Part shown: piece by piece, positions 47,810 to 58,329 of the stretch
How the letters are laid out: each line of letters starts with the position of its first letter
How positions within the stretch are numbered: the stretch's first letter is position 1
Origin: an uncultured Pelagibacteraceae bacterium
GTDB lineage: Bacteria; Pseudomonadota; Alphaproteobacteria; Pelagibacterales; AG-422-B15
DNA length: 64,000 nucleotides
Assembly: GCA_902523535.1 (NCBI GenBank)
Contig: CABYZQ010000004.1
Span: 39,241 to 103,240 of the forward strand
Direction: 5' to 3'
Notes under the pieces: model-generated
What the model saw: only the letters and a program-made list of their open reading frames with translations
Databases searched by the model: none
Told to the model about the DNA's origin: nothing
Program-made: the position numbers and the translations under genes

Positions 47810-49633
47810 ATGTGTGGAATAGTAGGCATCACAGCAAATGAATCTGTTTCTTCAAACATTATTAGCGCCTTGAAGAAACTTGAGTACCGAGGTTACGATT
47901 CAGCAGGTATAGCTATTAATACTGAAAGTCAAATTCACCAAAAAAAAGTGAAAGGTAAGCTTGATAACTTAATACTATCCCTTCAAAAAGATGGTTTTGA
48001 TGGAAAGGTTGGAATTGGCCACACGAGGTGGGCTACACATGGTGAGCCATCAGAAAGAAATGCCCATCCTCACTCGTCACGAAAAGTTTCGCTCGTTCAC
48101 AATGGAATTATTGAAAATGCATCAGAGCTTAAAAGTAGAATAGAATTAAAAAACTATAACTTTGAGTCTGATACTGACTCTGAAGTTATAACAGCACTGA
48201 TTACACATTATCTCAATGAAGGCCATGATCATATGGAGTCAGTTAAACAAACAATATCACTTTTAGAGGGTTCTTATGCGCTAGCTATCATCTTTAGTGA
48301 CCTTAAGGATAAAATAATAGGTGCGAGGAATGGAAGTCCTTTGGTAGCGGGAACTGACGGCAACTCCAACTCATTAGGATCTGATTCTATAGCATTAAGC
48401 GCAATCGCAAATAAAGTATGTTACTTAGAAGATGGTGACATTGTTGTGCTAAGTAGAGAAAATGTTGAGATCTATAATTCATCAGGAGATAAAGCCAATA
48501 GAGAATTTGTTGATATTGGTATTATGGATACAGAAGTCAGCAAGGGATCATACAATCATTTTATGGAAAAAGAGATTCATGAGCATCCTAAGGCTGTTGG
48601 TGAAACATTTAGACAATTCATTGATCATGATCAGGGGATAATTTCAGTTGATGATATAGGACTAAACTTCAATGATATTTCAAAGGTTCATTTAATTGCT
48701 TGTGGTACAGCATACTACTCTTGCTTGGTTGCAAAATATTATTTTGAACAATATGCACGACTGCCCGTAGAGTGTGATATGGCATCTGAGTTTAGATACC
48801 GAGATCCTGTTCTTGATAATAAGGCATTATATATATTTGTTTCTCAATCAGGTGAAACCGCAGATACAAAAGCGGCCTTAGACTTCTGTAAAGATGCTAA
48901 GGTTAGAACTCTCAGTATTGTAAATGTTATGAATAGCTCAATCGCACGCGAAAGTGATTATTGTTTATATACGAAAGCGGGAGCAGAAATTGGTGTAGCT
49001 TCTACAAAAGCATTTACGGCACAATTATCGGTGCTGTTATCAATGGCACTGCATTGTGGCACCAAGAATAATAATGTTACAATTGAGCAGAATAGGCAGA
49101 TTTGTAAAGAAATTATGCAGGCTCCGCAAATTCTTGAAAAAACAATTAAAAGATCTTATGAACTAAAAGAAACGGCAAAAGCCATCATAGACTCAAAAGG
49201 TGTAATGTATTTAGGAAGAGGTACAGCATTTCCTCTCGCCTTAGAAGGTGCGCTAAAATTCAAAGAAATCTCTTATATACATGCAGAAGGTTATCCAGCT
49301 GGCGAAATGAAACACGGTCCACTTGCTTTGATTGAAAAAGATTTGCCAGTAGTATGCATCGTCCCACCAGGTCCTTTATTTCCTAAAACAGTATCCAATA
49401 TTCAAGAGGTTATTGCTCGAGGAGGCAGAATATTGATGATCACTGATGACGATAGTCTTAAGTCTAGTTCTGAAAATATATGGAAGATTTTTAGATTGCC
49501 AAAAACACCAAAATCGATTGAAGCTATTGTATATTCTGTTCCAATACACATGTTGGCGTATTACACGGCTGTTCAACTAGGCAACGATGTGGATCAACCA
49601 AGGAATCTTGCAAAATCGGTTACAGTGGAGTAG
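47810..49633 (+). CDS. glmS: Glutamine-fructose-6-phosphate aminotransferase
   Basis: 607 aa with MCGIVG (the Ntn Cys), two SIS domains, and a C-terminal ...KSVTVE. Confidence 0.95.
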   Translation: MCGIVGITANESVSSNIISALKKLEYRGYDSAGIAINTESQIHQKKVKGKLDNLILSLQKDGFDGKVGIGHTRWATHGEPSERNAHPHSSRKVSLVHNGIIENASELKSRIELKNYNFESDTDSEVITALITHYLNEGHDHMESVKQTISLLEGSYALAIIFSDLKDKIIGARNGSPLVAGTDGNSNSLGSDSIALSAIANKVCYLEDGDIVVLSRENVEIYNSSGDKANREFVDIGIMDTEVSKGSYNHFMEKEIHEHPKAVGETFRQFIDHDQGIISVDDIGLNFNDISKVHLIACGTAYYSCLVAKYYFEQYARLPVECDMASEFRYRDPVLDNKALYIFVSQSGETADTKAALDFCKDAKVRTLSIVNVMNSSIARESDYCLYTKAGAEIGVASTKAFTAQLSVLLSMALHCGTKNNNVTIEQNRQICKEIMQAPQILEKTIKRSYELKETAKAIIDSKGVMYLGRGTAFPLALEGALKFKEISYIHAEGYPAGEMKHGPLALIEKDLPVVCIVPPGPLFPKTVSNIQEVIARGGRILMITDDDSLKSSSENIWKIFRLPKTPKSIEAIVYSVPIHMLAYYTAVQLGNDVDQPRNLAKSVTVE

Positions 49634-49667
49634 TTCACAAAATTAAATTAAAATAAGAGAGAAAAAT

Positions 49668-50042
49668 ATGAATAATTTATCATTATTAAAAAATACTTTA
49701 AGAGTTTTTGGAATAGCCTTTATATTAATTATACCAGTGATGAAGCTTGATCCCTTAGGTGGCTGGGCTTGGAGTCCAGGACAATGGGAATATGAGATGA
49801 TGATCCAGGGAATTTATATGACGCTTGGGATTATGATGGTAATTGCAGCAAAAGATCCACTAAAACACGCAATGTTTGTATGGTTTGTTGTTTGGAGTAG
49901 TGTTGTTCATGGAGGGATTATGGCTTACCAAGCAATTATTGATACGCATGAAATGGGACATTTTTTAGGAGATATACCAGTGTTATTTATTCTGGCTGTG
50001 TTAGCTAGTTATAGTCTCAGAAAAGAACAGGCAAATAACTAA
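49668..50042 (+). CDS. Hypothetical small membrane protein
   Basis: 124 aa with 3-4 hydrophobic segments. There is a good upstream RBS-like sequence, agagag. I did not recognise a family. Confidence 0.5.
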   Translation: MNNLSLLKNTLRVFGIAFILIIPVMKLDPLGGWAWSPGQWEYEMMIQGIYMTLGIMMVIAAKDPLKHAMFVWFVVWSSVVHGGIMAYQAIIDTHEMGHFLGDIPVLFILAVLASYSLRKEQANN

Positions 50043-50191
50043 TAAAATCTTATTTGCTGTTTGTTAAGCAATCGATATTAGTGGAATATGCCTACGAATG
50101 AATTTTGCTTCAAAAAATATCAAATTCCCAAGGCATTAATAGTCTCTTTTTTATACTATACGATATTTAAAAATAAATTATTATAATTTTT

Positions 50192-50875
50192 ATGACGGTA
50201 ACTCTCAAAACAGAAGGCGATGTCTCAATCATTCACATGGATGATGGAAAAGTAAATGTTTTTTCACCAGAGATGATTCAAAATTTCCAAAATATTTTGG
50301 ATCAAATACCAACTAATAAAGGTTCAGTTTTAATTACAGGAAGACCTGGTATGTTTTCAGCTGGATTTGATTTAAAGGTTATGATGTCGAGCCCTGAAAA
50401 TGCTGCCGCTATGGTGAAGTCAGGTTTCTTAATGTTGAAAAGAGTTTTCTCATTTCCTCGTCCTGTAGTTGCCGCATGTAGTGGACACGCTATTGCTCTT
50501 GGGGCTTTTCTTTTATGCAGCAGTGATTACCGTGTTGGCTGTGAAGGTGACTTTAAGGTTGGGGCAAATGAATTGAGAAACAATATGATTGTACCAACAC
50601 CTATTTTAGAAATTGCGAAATTTAAATTAACAAAATCACACAAACAAAGGGCACTACTAAATGCTGAAATGTATTCAATAAAAGACTCTATTGAACCAGG
50701 ATATATTGATGAAGTTGCAAGTCCTGAAAGTTTTTATGATGTCGCCCTAGCCAAAGCTAAAGATTTAGCAACTTTGGCACACCCTCAATATGATCAAACC
50801 AAGAAACTCGATCAGGAAGATGTGTTGCCTAAAATTAGCAAGGGCATAGAACAAATCACCTCACCTGTTGGATAA
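50192..50875 (+). CDS. Enoyl-CoA hydratase/isomerase (crotonase) family protein
   Basis: 227 aa with the oxyanion-hole region GRPGMFSAGFDLKVM and CSGHAIALGAFLL. Confidence 0.75.
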   Translation: MTVTLKTEGDVSIIHMDDGKVNVFSPEMIQNFQNILDQIPTNKGSVLITGRPGMFSAGFDLKVMMSSPENAAAMVKSGFLMLKRVFSFPRPVVAACSGHAIALGAFLLCSSDYRVGCEGDFKVGANELRNNMIVPTPILEIAKFKLTKSHKQRALLNAEMYSIKDSIEPGYIDEVASPESFYDVALAKAKDLATLAHPQYDQTKKLDQEDVLPKISKGIEQITSPVG

Positions 50876-50971
50876 ATTAAATTTATCTAATAAAATCAAT
50901 ATATTTAGCTAAGACTCTAGTAATTTAGATTATTTGGTACTATAAGGCTGAAAAATATAGAGTTTTTAAAA

Positions 50972-52351
50972 ATGAGTAAATGGAGCGCAAATAGTTGGAG
51001 AGGATACAAGGCAAAGCATATTCCTGAATATCCAGATAAATCAGAGTTAGAAAAAACTGAAAGCCAATTAAAAACATATCCACCATTAGTTTTCGCAGGT
51101 GAAGCAAGAGATTTAAAAAGACATCTTGCTAAAGTCTCAGAAGGAAAAGCGTTTCTATTGCAAGGTGGAGATTGTGCAGAAAGTTTTGACGACTTTAATG
51201 CTGATTACATAAGAGATACTTTCAAAGTTCTTTTACAAATGTCTGTGACACTTACAGCAGCAGGCAATTGTCCTGTTGTAAAAGTTGGAAGAATGGCGGG
51301 ACAATTTGCTAAACCAAGAAGTTCACCTAAAGAAGAAATTGATGGAGTTGAGTTAGAAAGTTATAAAGGCGATATCATTAATGATATGGAGTTTACTAAG
51401 TCTTCAAGAATGCCTGATCCTCAACGAATGATCAGAGCATACACTCAATCAGCAGCAACTCTCAATTTATTACGTGCTTTTGCAAAGGGTGGTTTTTCTG
51501 ACCTTAATAAAGTTCACCAATGGAATATGGGTTTTGTCGATGAGAGTCCTCAAGGAAAAAAATTCAGAGATCTAGCTGATAAAATATCAGATACATTATC
51601 TTTTATGGATGCCATAGGTATTTCATCTGGAAATACAAAAAGATTAAGAAATGTTGATTTTTTTACAAGTCATGAAGCGCTCCTTTTGCCATATGAGGAA
51701 TGTTTAACACGTACAGATAGTACAACTGGTGAAGTGTACGATACATCTGCTCACATGGTGTGGATTGGTGATAGAACAAGACAACTTGATGGAGCTCACG
51801 TAGAATTTTGTAGAGGTATTAAAAACCCTATTGGCATTAAGTGTGGTCCAACTTTAGATCCTGATGAATTAAAGAAATTGATCGATGTATTAAATCCCGA
51901 AAATGAAGCTGGTAAAATTACCCTCATTTGTAGATTTGGGGTTGATAATGTTGAAGAGAAGTTGCCCAAACTAATTGGACCTTTTGCCAACTCAGATTAC
52001 AACCTTGTTTGGTCATGCGACCCCATGCACGGTAATACTATGAAAGCTAATTCTGGCTTTAAGACCAGACCTTTCGAGAGAGTTATTCAAGAAGTTGAGT
52101 CATTTTTTGATATTCATCACTCTTTAGGAACATATCCTGGTGGAGTGCATTTGGAGATGACAGGGCAAAACGTGACTGAGTGCATTGGTGGTGCCCAAGC
52201 GATAAAAGATGAAGATTTATCTGCCAGATACCATACTCATTGTGACCCTAGACTTAACGCAAACCAGGCATTAGAACTTGCCTTCTTAATATCTGATAAG
52301 CTCAGAGAATCTCAAGAACCTCACAAGTCAAAAATTATAATTGCCAAGTAA
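50972..52351 (+). CDS. 3-deoxy-7-phosphoheptulonate (DAHP) synthase, class II
   Basis: 459 aa. The N-terminal [19 protein letters not shown], the GGDCAESF motif and the overall class II (plant-like) pattern are present. Confidence 0.9.
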   Translation: MSKWSANSWRGYKAKHIPEYPDKSELEKTESQLKTYPPLVFAGEARDLKRHLAKVSEGKAFLLQGGDCAESFDDFNADYIRDTFKVLLQMSVTLTAAGNCPVVKVGRMAGQFAKPRSSPKEEIDGVELESYKGDIINDMEFTKSSRMPDPQRMIRAYTQSAATLNLLRAFAKGGFSDLNKVHQWNMGFVDESPQGKKFRDLADKISDTLSFMDAIGISSGNTKRLRNVDFFTSHEALLLPYEECLTRTDSTTGEVYDTSAHMVWIGDRTRQLDGAHVEFCRGIKNPIGIKCGPTLDPDELKKLIDVLNPENEAGKITLICRFGVDNVEEKLPKLIGPFANSDYNLVWSCDPMHGNTMKANSGFKTRPFERVIQEVESFFDIHHSLGTYPGGVHLEMTGQNVTECIGGAQAIKDEDLSARYHTHCDPRLNANQALELAFLISDKLRESQEPHKSKIIIAK

Positions 52352-52386
52352 TTGCGACTAAATTAATTAGTTGTAATATCAGTCAA

Positions 52387-54033
52387 ATGACAGAAAAAGT
52401 TTCATTATTAGTAGTTCAATCAAACCCAGTTGTTGGGAATATTGCATTCAACAAACAGATCGTTATTGACCACTTACAAAATAATAATTCTGATCTAATT
52501 TTATTTTCAGAGCTTATGTTAACTGGTTACCCGCCAGAGGATTTAATTTTGAAGCCTGCTTTTATGAAAAAAGTTCATGAAGCAGTTGATGAAATTGTCA
52601 ATCTATCAAAAGGTAAGCACCCAACAGTTGTACTAGGTACACCTTGGTTAGATGAAGGTAATTTATTTAATGCTGCGGTAGTCATTCATGATGGAAAGAT
52701 CTTACATAAACATTACAAGATGGCACTTCCAAACTATGGGGTATTTGATGAAAAGAGAATATTTTCTAATGGAGAAAAAGTGAGTGTTATAGATTTTAAA
52801 GGTATTAATCTGGGGATATTTATTTGTGAAGATATTTGGGTAAATCAAACCATCACTGAAATTGGTGAACAACAAATTGATCTTGCTGTTTCTCTCAATG
52901 CGTCTCCTTTTGATATAAATAAAATCAACGAAAGAGAAAAGAAAGCTATCGAATTTTCAAAATCTATTGCTGCACCTCTCATCTATGTTAATCAAGTAGG
53001 AGGTCAGGATGAAATAGTCTTTGATGGAAGCTCATTCCTGAATGATCAAGAAAAAGTTATCTACAAACTTAAGCACTGTCAGTCAGAGTCTAAGGAATTT
53101 TTATTTGATGAAGACCATAAATTTTTAATAGAAGATACGTTCTCTGATCATACAGATATGAATGATGTCATTTACTCCAGTTTAATCTTGGGTCTAAGAG
53201 ATTATGTTGAAAAGAATAATTTTCCAGGCGTTGTATTGGGAATATCAGGAGGCATTGATAGCGCTTTTAGTGCAGCTGTTGCCACTGATGCACTTGGTCC
53301 TTCAAGAGTAAAAGGTATCTTAATGCCCTCAAAATATACAAGCATTGAAAGTAATAAAGATGCATCAGAACTAGGCAACAATTTAGGCATTGAACTAATG
53401 AACATATCTATCAATGACATTGTCAATTCCTACGACAACACACTTAATGATCTTTTTTCTGGAACAGAAAAAGACATCACTGAAGAAAATATTCAATCGC
53501 GAACAAGAGGAGCGATTTTGATGGCCTATTCAAACAAATTTGGCCACATGGTTATCACAAACGGCAATAAATCAGAGGTATCTGTTGGTTATTCGACACT
53601 CTATGGAGATATGTGTGGAGGGTTCTCAGTAGTTAAAGATATTTATAAAACTGATTTATTTAAATTGTCGGAATGGAGAAACAAAAATAAGCCCTCTTTA
53701 TCGTTGCTCGATAAAAATGAGATTATACCAAATAATATTATAACCAAGGAACCTACAGCTGAATTAAAAGAAGATCAGAAAGACAGTGATTCACTTCCAC
53801 CCTATGATGTATTGGATAAAGTATTGTACCATCTTGTGGAAAAAGAAAGTTCAGTAAAAGAGATTGTAGATCAAGGATTTGATAAAGAATTAGTTAAAAG
53901 AATTCAAAATCTACTCTACAATTCAGAATATAAAAGAAGACAAGCAGCGCCAGGCGTGAAGATTTCTGAAAGAAATTTTGGCTATGATAGAAGATATCCG
54001 ATCACGAACGCATTTAGAGATATGGAAAATTAA
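52387..54033 (+). CDS. nadE: Glutamine-dependent NAD+ synthetase
   Basis: 548 aa with an N-terminal CN-hydrolase domain (FSELMLTGY, ICEDIW) and a C-terminal synthetase with the SGGIDS P-loop. Confidence 0.9.
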   Translation: MTEKVSLLVVQSNPVVGNIAFNKQIVIDHLQNNNSDLILFSELMLTGYPPEDLILKPAFMKKVHEAVDEIVNLSKGKHPTVVLGTPWLDEGNLFNAAVVIHDGKILHKHYKMALPNYGVFDEKRIFSNGEKVSVIDFKGINLGIFICEDIWVNQTITEIGEQQIDLAVSLNASPFDINKINEREKKAIEFSKSIAAPLIYVNQVGGQDEIVFDGSSFLNDQEKVIYKLKHCQSESKEFLFDEDHKFLIEDTFSDHTDMNDVIYSSLILGLRDYVEKNNFPGVVLGISGGIDSAFSAAVATDALGPSRVKGILMPSKYTSIESNKDASELGNNLGIELMNISINDIVNSYDNTLNDLFSGTEKDITEENIQSRTRGAILMAYSNKFGHMVITNGNKSEVSVGYSTLYGDMCGGFSVVKDIYKTDLFKLSEWRNKNKPSLSLLDKNEIIPNNIITKEPTAELKEDQKDSDSLPPYDVLDKVLYHLVEKESSVKEIVDQGFDKELVKRIQNLLYNSEYKRRQAAPGVKISERNFGYDRRYPITNAFRDMEN

Positions 54034-55362
54034 ATGACAACAGTAACAAGGTTTGCACCAAGTCCAACAGGTTTATTGCATCTTGGAAACATTAGAACAG
54101 CATTAATTAATTGGCTGTATGCACGTACCAACAACGGGAAATTCATTTTAAGAATTGACGATACTGATTTAGAACGATCAAAAGATGAATATATTTCTCA
54201 GATCAAATATGATCTTGATTGGCTGGGCATTGATTTTGATGAAACGTTCAATCAATCGTCTCGTTTCGACAGATACAGGGAGCAATTCGAAAAATTAAAA
54301 GCTGATGGCAGAATTTACCCTTGCTATGAAACATCTGAAGAACTTGAAAGAAAAAGAAAATTGCTCATCGCAGCGGGTGGCAAGCAAGTGTACGACCGGT
54401 CTGCAATGGAATTAACAGACCAACAAAAGAAAGACTACGAAGCAGAAGGAAGAAAACCCCACTGGAGATTCTTATTAAAAACTGAACGTATGAAATGGGA
54501 TGATTTACTTAAAGGTGAAATAGATATAGACCTCACCAGTTTGTCTGACCCTGTTTTGTTTAGAGAGGACGGCGTTCCTTTATATACTTTTAGTTCAGCA
54601 GTAGATGATATTGACTATGGAATAACCAACGTAATTAGAGGAGATGATCATACGAGCAATACGGCTGTTCAAGTAGAAATTATTAATGCGTTGGATCAAA
54701 ATAAAATAACCTTTGCCCATCACGCCTTACTAAAAGCATCAACTGGAGATAAATTATCAAAACGAGACAATGTCATATCCATTAGTAGTTTCAGGGAGGC
54801 GAATATGGAGCCCATATCAATACTAAGTTTATTGGCAACCATCGGCACGTCTAATTCTATCGAATTAAAAGACAATATAGATCAAATAAAAAGTGAATTC
54901 AAATTGAGCACAATTTCAACGTCACCTGGTCGAATTGAGATTGATGTATTGAATGCTCTCAATAAAAAACAGGTTCAAAAATATAATTTTAGCGAGATCG
55001 AAGAGAGATTAAAAAAGATTGATGAAAAAATTGATCAAAAGTTTTGGGAAACAATCAGAGGCAATTTGAATGTTGTTGAAGATATAAAACAATGGACGGA
55101 CATTGTATTTAATAGTGAGACTATTAAGCCTTCTGATAAAGACTATATTAAGATTGCGATGGAATTGATTCCTGATGATCCATGGAATGATGAAACGTGG
55201 GGACAATGGACTTCGGCCATAAAAGAGAAAACTGGCAGAAAAGGAAAAGAATTATTCCTACCTCTAAGAGAAGCCTTTACAGGACTTAATCATGGTCCAG
55301 AAATGAAATTACTTATTCAATTACTGGGCAGAGAAAAAATCATAGAAAGAGTTGAGTTATAA
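54034..55362 (+). CDS. gltX: Glutamyl-tRNA synthetase
   Basis: 442 aa with RFAPSPTGLLHLGNIRTAL (HIGH-type) and KLSKRD (KMSKS-type). It starts on the base after the nadE stop. Confidence 0.9.
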   Translation: MTTVTRFAPSPTGLLHLGNIRTALINWLYARTNNGKFILRIDDTDLERSKDEYISQIKYDLDWLGIDFDETFNQSSRFDRYREQFEKLKADGRIYPCYETSEELERKRKLLIAAGGKQVYDRSAMELTDQQKKDYEAEGRKPHWRFLLKTERMKWDDLLKGEIDIDLTSLSDPVLFREDGVPLYTFSSAVDDIDYGITNVIRGDDHTSNTAVQVEIINALDQNKITFAHHALLKASTGDKLSKRDNVISISSFREANMEPISILSLLATIGTSNSIELKDNIDQIKSEFKLSTISTSPGRIEIDVLNALNKKQVQKYNFSEIEERLKKIDEKIDQKFWETIRGNLNVVEDIKQWTDIVFNSETIKPSDKDYIKIAMELIPDDPWNDETWGQWTSAIKEKTGRKGKELFLPLREAFTGLNHGPEMKLLIQLLGREKIIERVEL

Positions 55363-56727
55363 ATGTCACTGAATTTATACGACACATTCTCAAACTCAAA
55401 AAAAAAGTTTGAACCAATTGATCCAAAAAATATCAGAATGTATGTTTGTGGTCCCACAGTATACGATTATCCACACGTAGGAAATGCAAGACCTGTCATT
55501 GTTTTTGATATTTTATTTCGAATTCTTCAAAACTTATACGGAACAGAGCATGTAACATATGTGAGAAATATAACAGACGTTGATGATAAGATCATAAATG
55601 CTTCTCAAGAAAATAATGAAGATATCAATGAATTAACTTTAAGAACCATTAATTATTTTCACGCTGATGCGAAATATATAGGAGCAATGGAACCCTCTTT
55701 TGAGCCCAGAGCAACAGATCACATTGCTGAAATGATCAATATTATTGAGACATTGATTGAAAAAAATTATGCTTATGTTGCTGAGAATAACGTTCTTTTT
55801 TCATCTAATAAATTTTCTAAATACGGATCATTATCAGGTAAAAAACTTGAAGAAATGATTGCTGGATCAAGAGTTGATGTTGAAAGCTATAAGCAAGAAG
55901 CATCTGATTTTATACTCTGGAAGCCTTCAAAAGATAACGAGCCTGGATGGGACAGTCCATGGGGCAAGGGAAGGCCTGGATGGCATATAGAGTGTTCTGC
56001 AATGAGTGAAAAATTATTAGGTAAAACATTTGATATTCATGGTGGTGGGCAAGATTTAATTTTCCCACATCACGAAAATGAAATCGCTCAAAGTGAGTGT
56101 GCAAACGGAGAAAAATTTGCAAATTATTGGGTTCATAATGGCTTTGTCACAGTCGAAGGAAATAAAATGGCAAAATCTGATGGAAATTTTGTAACGGTGA
56201 ATGATCTTAAAGAAAAATACCAAGGAGAGGTTATTAGATTAACCATGATACTCACTCATTATCGTCAGCCATTGAATTGGACAAATGATAATCTACAAGA
56301 AAGCAAAAAAACACTGGATAAGTGGTACCAATATTTTTCTGAAGTTGATTTTAAGCCTGACTTAAGTGTGAAGATTGATGAAAATGTAATGAACGCACTA
56401 AATGATGATATGAATACGCCTCAGGCAATAGCTGAATTGCATAAATTATTCAAAAATTGTAAAAGTGATGATCAAGATTCATTAAATCAATTTTTAATTT
56501 CGGCTCAATTTATTGGATTGATGAATAATGAACCTTCTCAATGGTTATCATGGGGTAAAGACAATATAAGCGTAGATCAAAATAAGATTGAGTCATTGAT
56601 TGCTCAAAGAAATACCGCAAGAGCAAATAAAGATTTTGCTGAAGCTGACAGAATTAGAGACGAGTTGGAAAATTTAGGAATAGTACTAGAAGATAAAGAT
56701 GCGGAAACCACATGGAAAACTAAGTAA
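55363..56727 (+). CDS. cysS: Cysteinyl-tRNA synthetase
   Basis: 454 aa with CGPTVYDYPHVGNARP, HIECS, and KMAKSDGN. There is zero spacer to gltX. Confidence 0.95.
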   Translation: MSLNLYDTFSNSKKKFEPIDPKNIRMYVCGPTVYDYPHVGNARPVIVFDILFRILQNLYGTEHVTYVRNITDVDDKIINASQENNEDINELTLRTINYFHADAKYIGAMEPSFEPRATDHIAEMINIIETLIEKNYAYVAENNVLFSSNKFSKYGSLSGKKLEEMIAGSRVDVESYKQEASDFILWKPSKDNEPGWDSPWGKGRPGWHIECSAMSEKLLGKTFDIHGGGQDLIFPHHENEIAQSECANGEKFANYWVHNGFVTVEGNKMAKSDGNFVTVNDLKEKYQGEVIRLTMILTHYRQPLNWTNDNLQESKKTLDKWYQYFSEVDFKPDLSVKIDENVMNALNDDMNTPQAIAELHKLFKNCKSDDQDSLNQFLISAQFIGLMNNEPSQWLSWGKDNISVDQNKIESLIAQRNTARANKDFAEADRIRDELENLGIVLEDKDAETTWKTK

Positions 56728-58326
56728 ATGAAAGAAAAGTTATTTATATTTGATACAACACTGAGAGACGGAGCACAAACTTACGGTGTTGATTTTAACG
56801 TAGATGAGAAAAAAATTCTCGCATCAAAGCTTGATGCCTTAGGCGTTGATTACATTGAGGGTGGGTGGCCTGGTGCAAATGAAACTGATACACAATTTTT
56901 CGCTGAAAAAATGGAATTTAAAAACTCTACGTTTACGGCTTTTGGCATGACCAAAAAGACAGGAAGGAGTGCTGAAAATGATCCTGGTTTAGCTGCCATG
57001 ATTAACGTAAGCGCCCCGTCAGCTTGCGTAGTGGGCAAGTCTTGGGATTTCCATGTAGATTTAGCCCTAGGAATTTCCAATGATGAAAACTTAGTAAATA
57101 TTGCGGAGTCTGTTAACTTTTTATCAAGCAGCAAGAAGGAAGTTCATTTTGATGCTGAACATTTTTTTGATGGCTTCAAAGCAAATCCTCAATATGCGAT
57201 AAAGTGTTTAAAAGCTGCACAAGACAATGGAGCAAGGTGGATGGTTCTTTGTGATACCAACGGAGGCACATTACCCCATGAGGTAGAACAGATTGTTTCA
57301 GAAGTTGTGAAGGATATTCCAGGCGATCAACTTGGTATTCACGCACATAATGATACCGGAAATGCTGTAGCAAATTCATTAGCCGCAGTCCATGCTGGGG
57401 TCAGACAAGTGCAAGGCACGATTAATGGACTTGGTGAACGATGCGGAAATGCTAATTTAATCACTCTTCTTCCTACTTTTGCTCTAAAGGATGAATATGT
57501 CGATAAATTTGATTTATCCATTGATACTAAAAATCTTGGTCAGTTAACTGAACTTTCAAGATTGTTAGATGAAATATTAAATCGTGTACCCAACAGAACA
57601 GCACCTTATGTAGGCTCAGCAGCATTTGCGCACAAAGGAGGATTGCACGTTTCAGCAGTGAACAAAGATCCTAAAACTTATGAACATATCGATCCTGAGT
57701 TAGTGGGTAATCATCGCCAAATCATCATTTCAGAACAATCAGGAAAATCAAATATTCTTGCACGATTAAAATCCACTGGGATACAGATTAATAACGATGA
57801 TCAAACGATACAAAAAATTCTCGATCGAGTGAAAGAACGTGAATTTATTGGATACTCATACGATGGTGCCGATGCTTCATTTGAAATTTTAGTGAAAAAG
57901 GTCATTGCTGAAATGCCAACTTATTTTGAAGTTATTAATTTTAATGTGAATGTAAAGAATTCAGGTGGGGAAGGTAAAACAATATCAGATGCCGAAGTTA
58001 AATTAAAATTTGGAAAAGAAGAACTTATAGGTACAGGACAAGGTGTAGGACCGGTTAATGCATTAGACAATGCTTTGAGGAATAACTTTCAATCAAGTGG
58101 TTATGCTGAATTGATCAAGGATTTATCTCTTATCGACTATAAAGTGAGAATTTTAAACACAGGAACCGATGCGATTACCAGAGTATCAATTGAAAGTTCT
58201 GATAAAGATAAAAAGAGTTGGTACACAATTGGTGTTTCAGAAAATATTATAGAGGCTTCCTTTAGGGCGCTGATTGATAGTGTTGAGTACAAATTAATGA
58301 AAGAAAAGGCTACGGTTCTTAGTTAG
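56728..58326 (+). CDS. cimA: Citramalate synthase (LeuA/CimA family, long form)
   Basis: 532 aa with FDTTLRDGAQ, HAHNDTGNAVANSLAAV, and a C-terminal regulatory domain. It could alternatively be a 2-isopropylmalate synthase. Confidence 0.75.
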   Translation: MKEKLFIFDTTLRDGAQTYGVDFNVDEKKILASKLDALGVDYIEGGWPGANETDTQFFAEKMEFKNSTFTAFGMTKKTGRSAENDPGLAAMINVSAPSACVVGKSWDFHVDLALGISNDENLVNIAESVNFLSSSKKEVHFDAEHFFDGFKANPQYAIKCLKAAQDNGARWMVLCDTNGGTLPHEVEQIVSEVVKDIPGDQLGIHAHNDTGNAVANSLAAVHAGVRQVQGTINGLGERCGNANLITLLPTFALKDEYVDKFDLSIDTKNLGQLTELSRLLDEILNRVPNRTAPYVGSAAFAHKGGLHVSAVNKDPKTYEHIDPELVGNHRQIIISEQSGKSNILARLKSTGIQINNDDQTIQKILDRVKEREFIGYSYDGADASFEILVKKVIAEMPTYFEVINFNVNVKNSGGEGKTISDAEVKLKFGKEELIGTGQGVGPVNALDNALRNNFQSSGYAELIKDLSLIDYKVRILNTGTDAITRVSIESSDKDKKSWYTIGVSENIIEASFRALIDSVEYKLMKEKATVLS

Positions 58327-58329
58327 TAC

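Noticed and set aside
50088-50186. A 32-codon ORF (MPTNEFCFKKYQIPKALIVSFLYYTIFKNKLL) and a 6-bp inverted repeat (atgcct/aggcat) lie in the 149-nt spacer upstream of the crotonase gene.
   Set aside because: There is no convincing RBS, and the composition is consistent with a random AT-rich frame. The hairpin has a roughly 34-nt loop and no covariation evidence. I cannot support either a peptide or an RNA element without comparative data.
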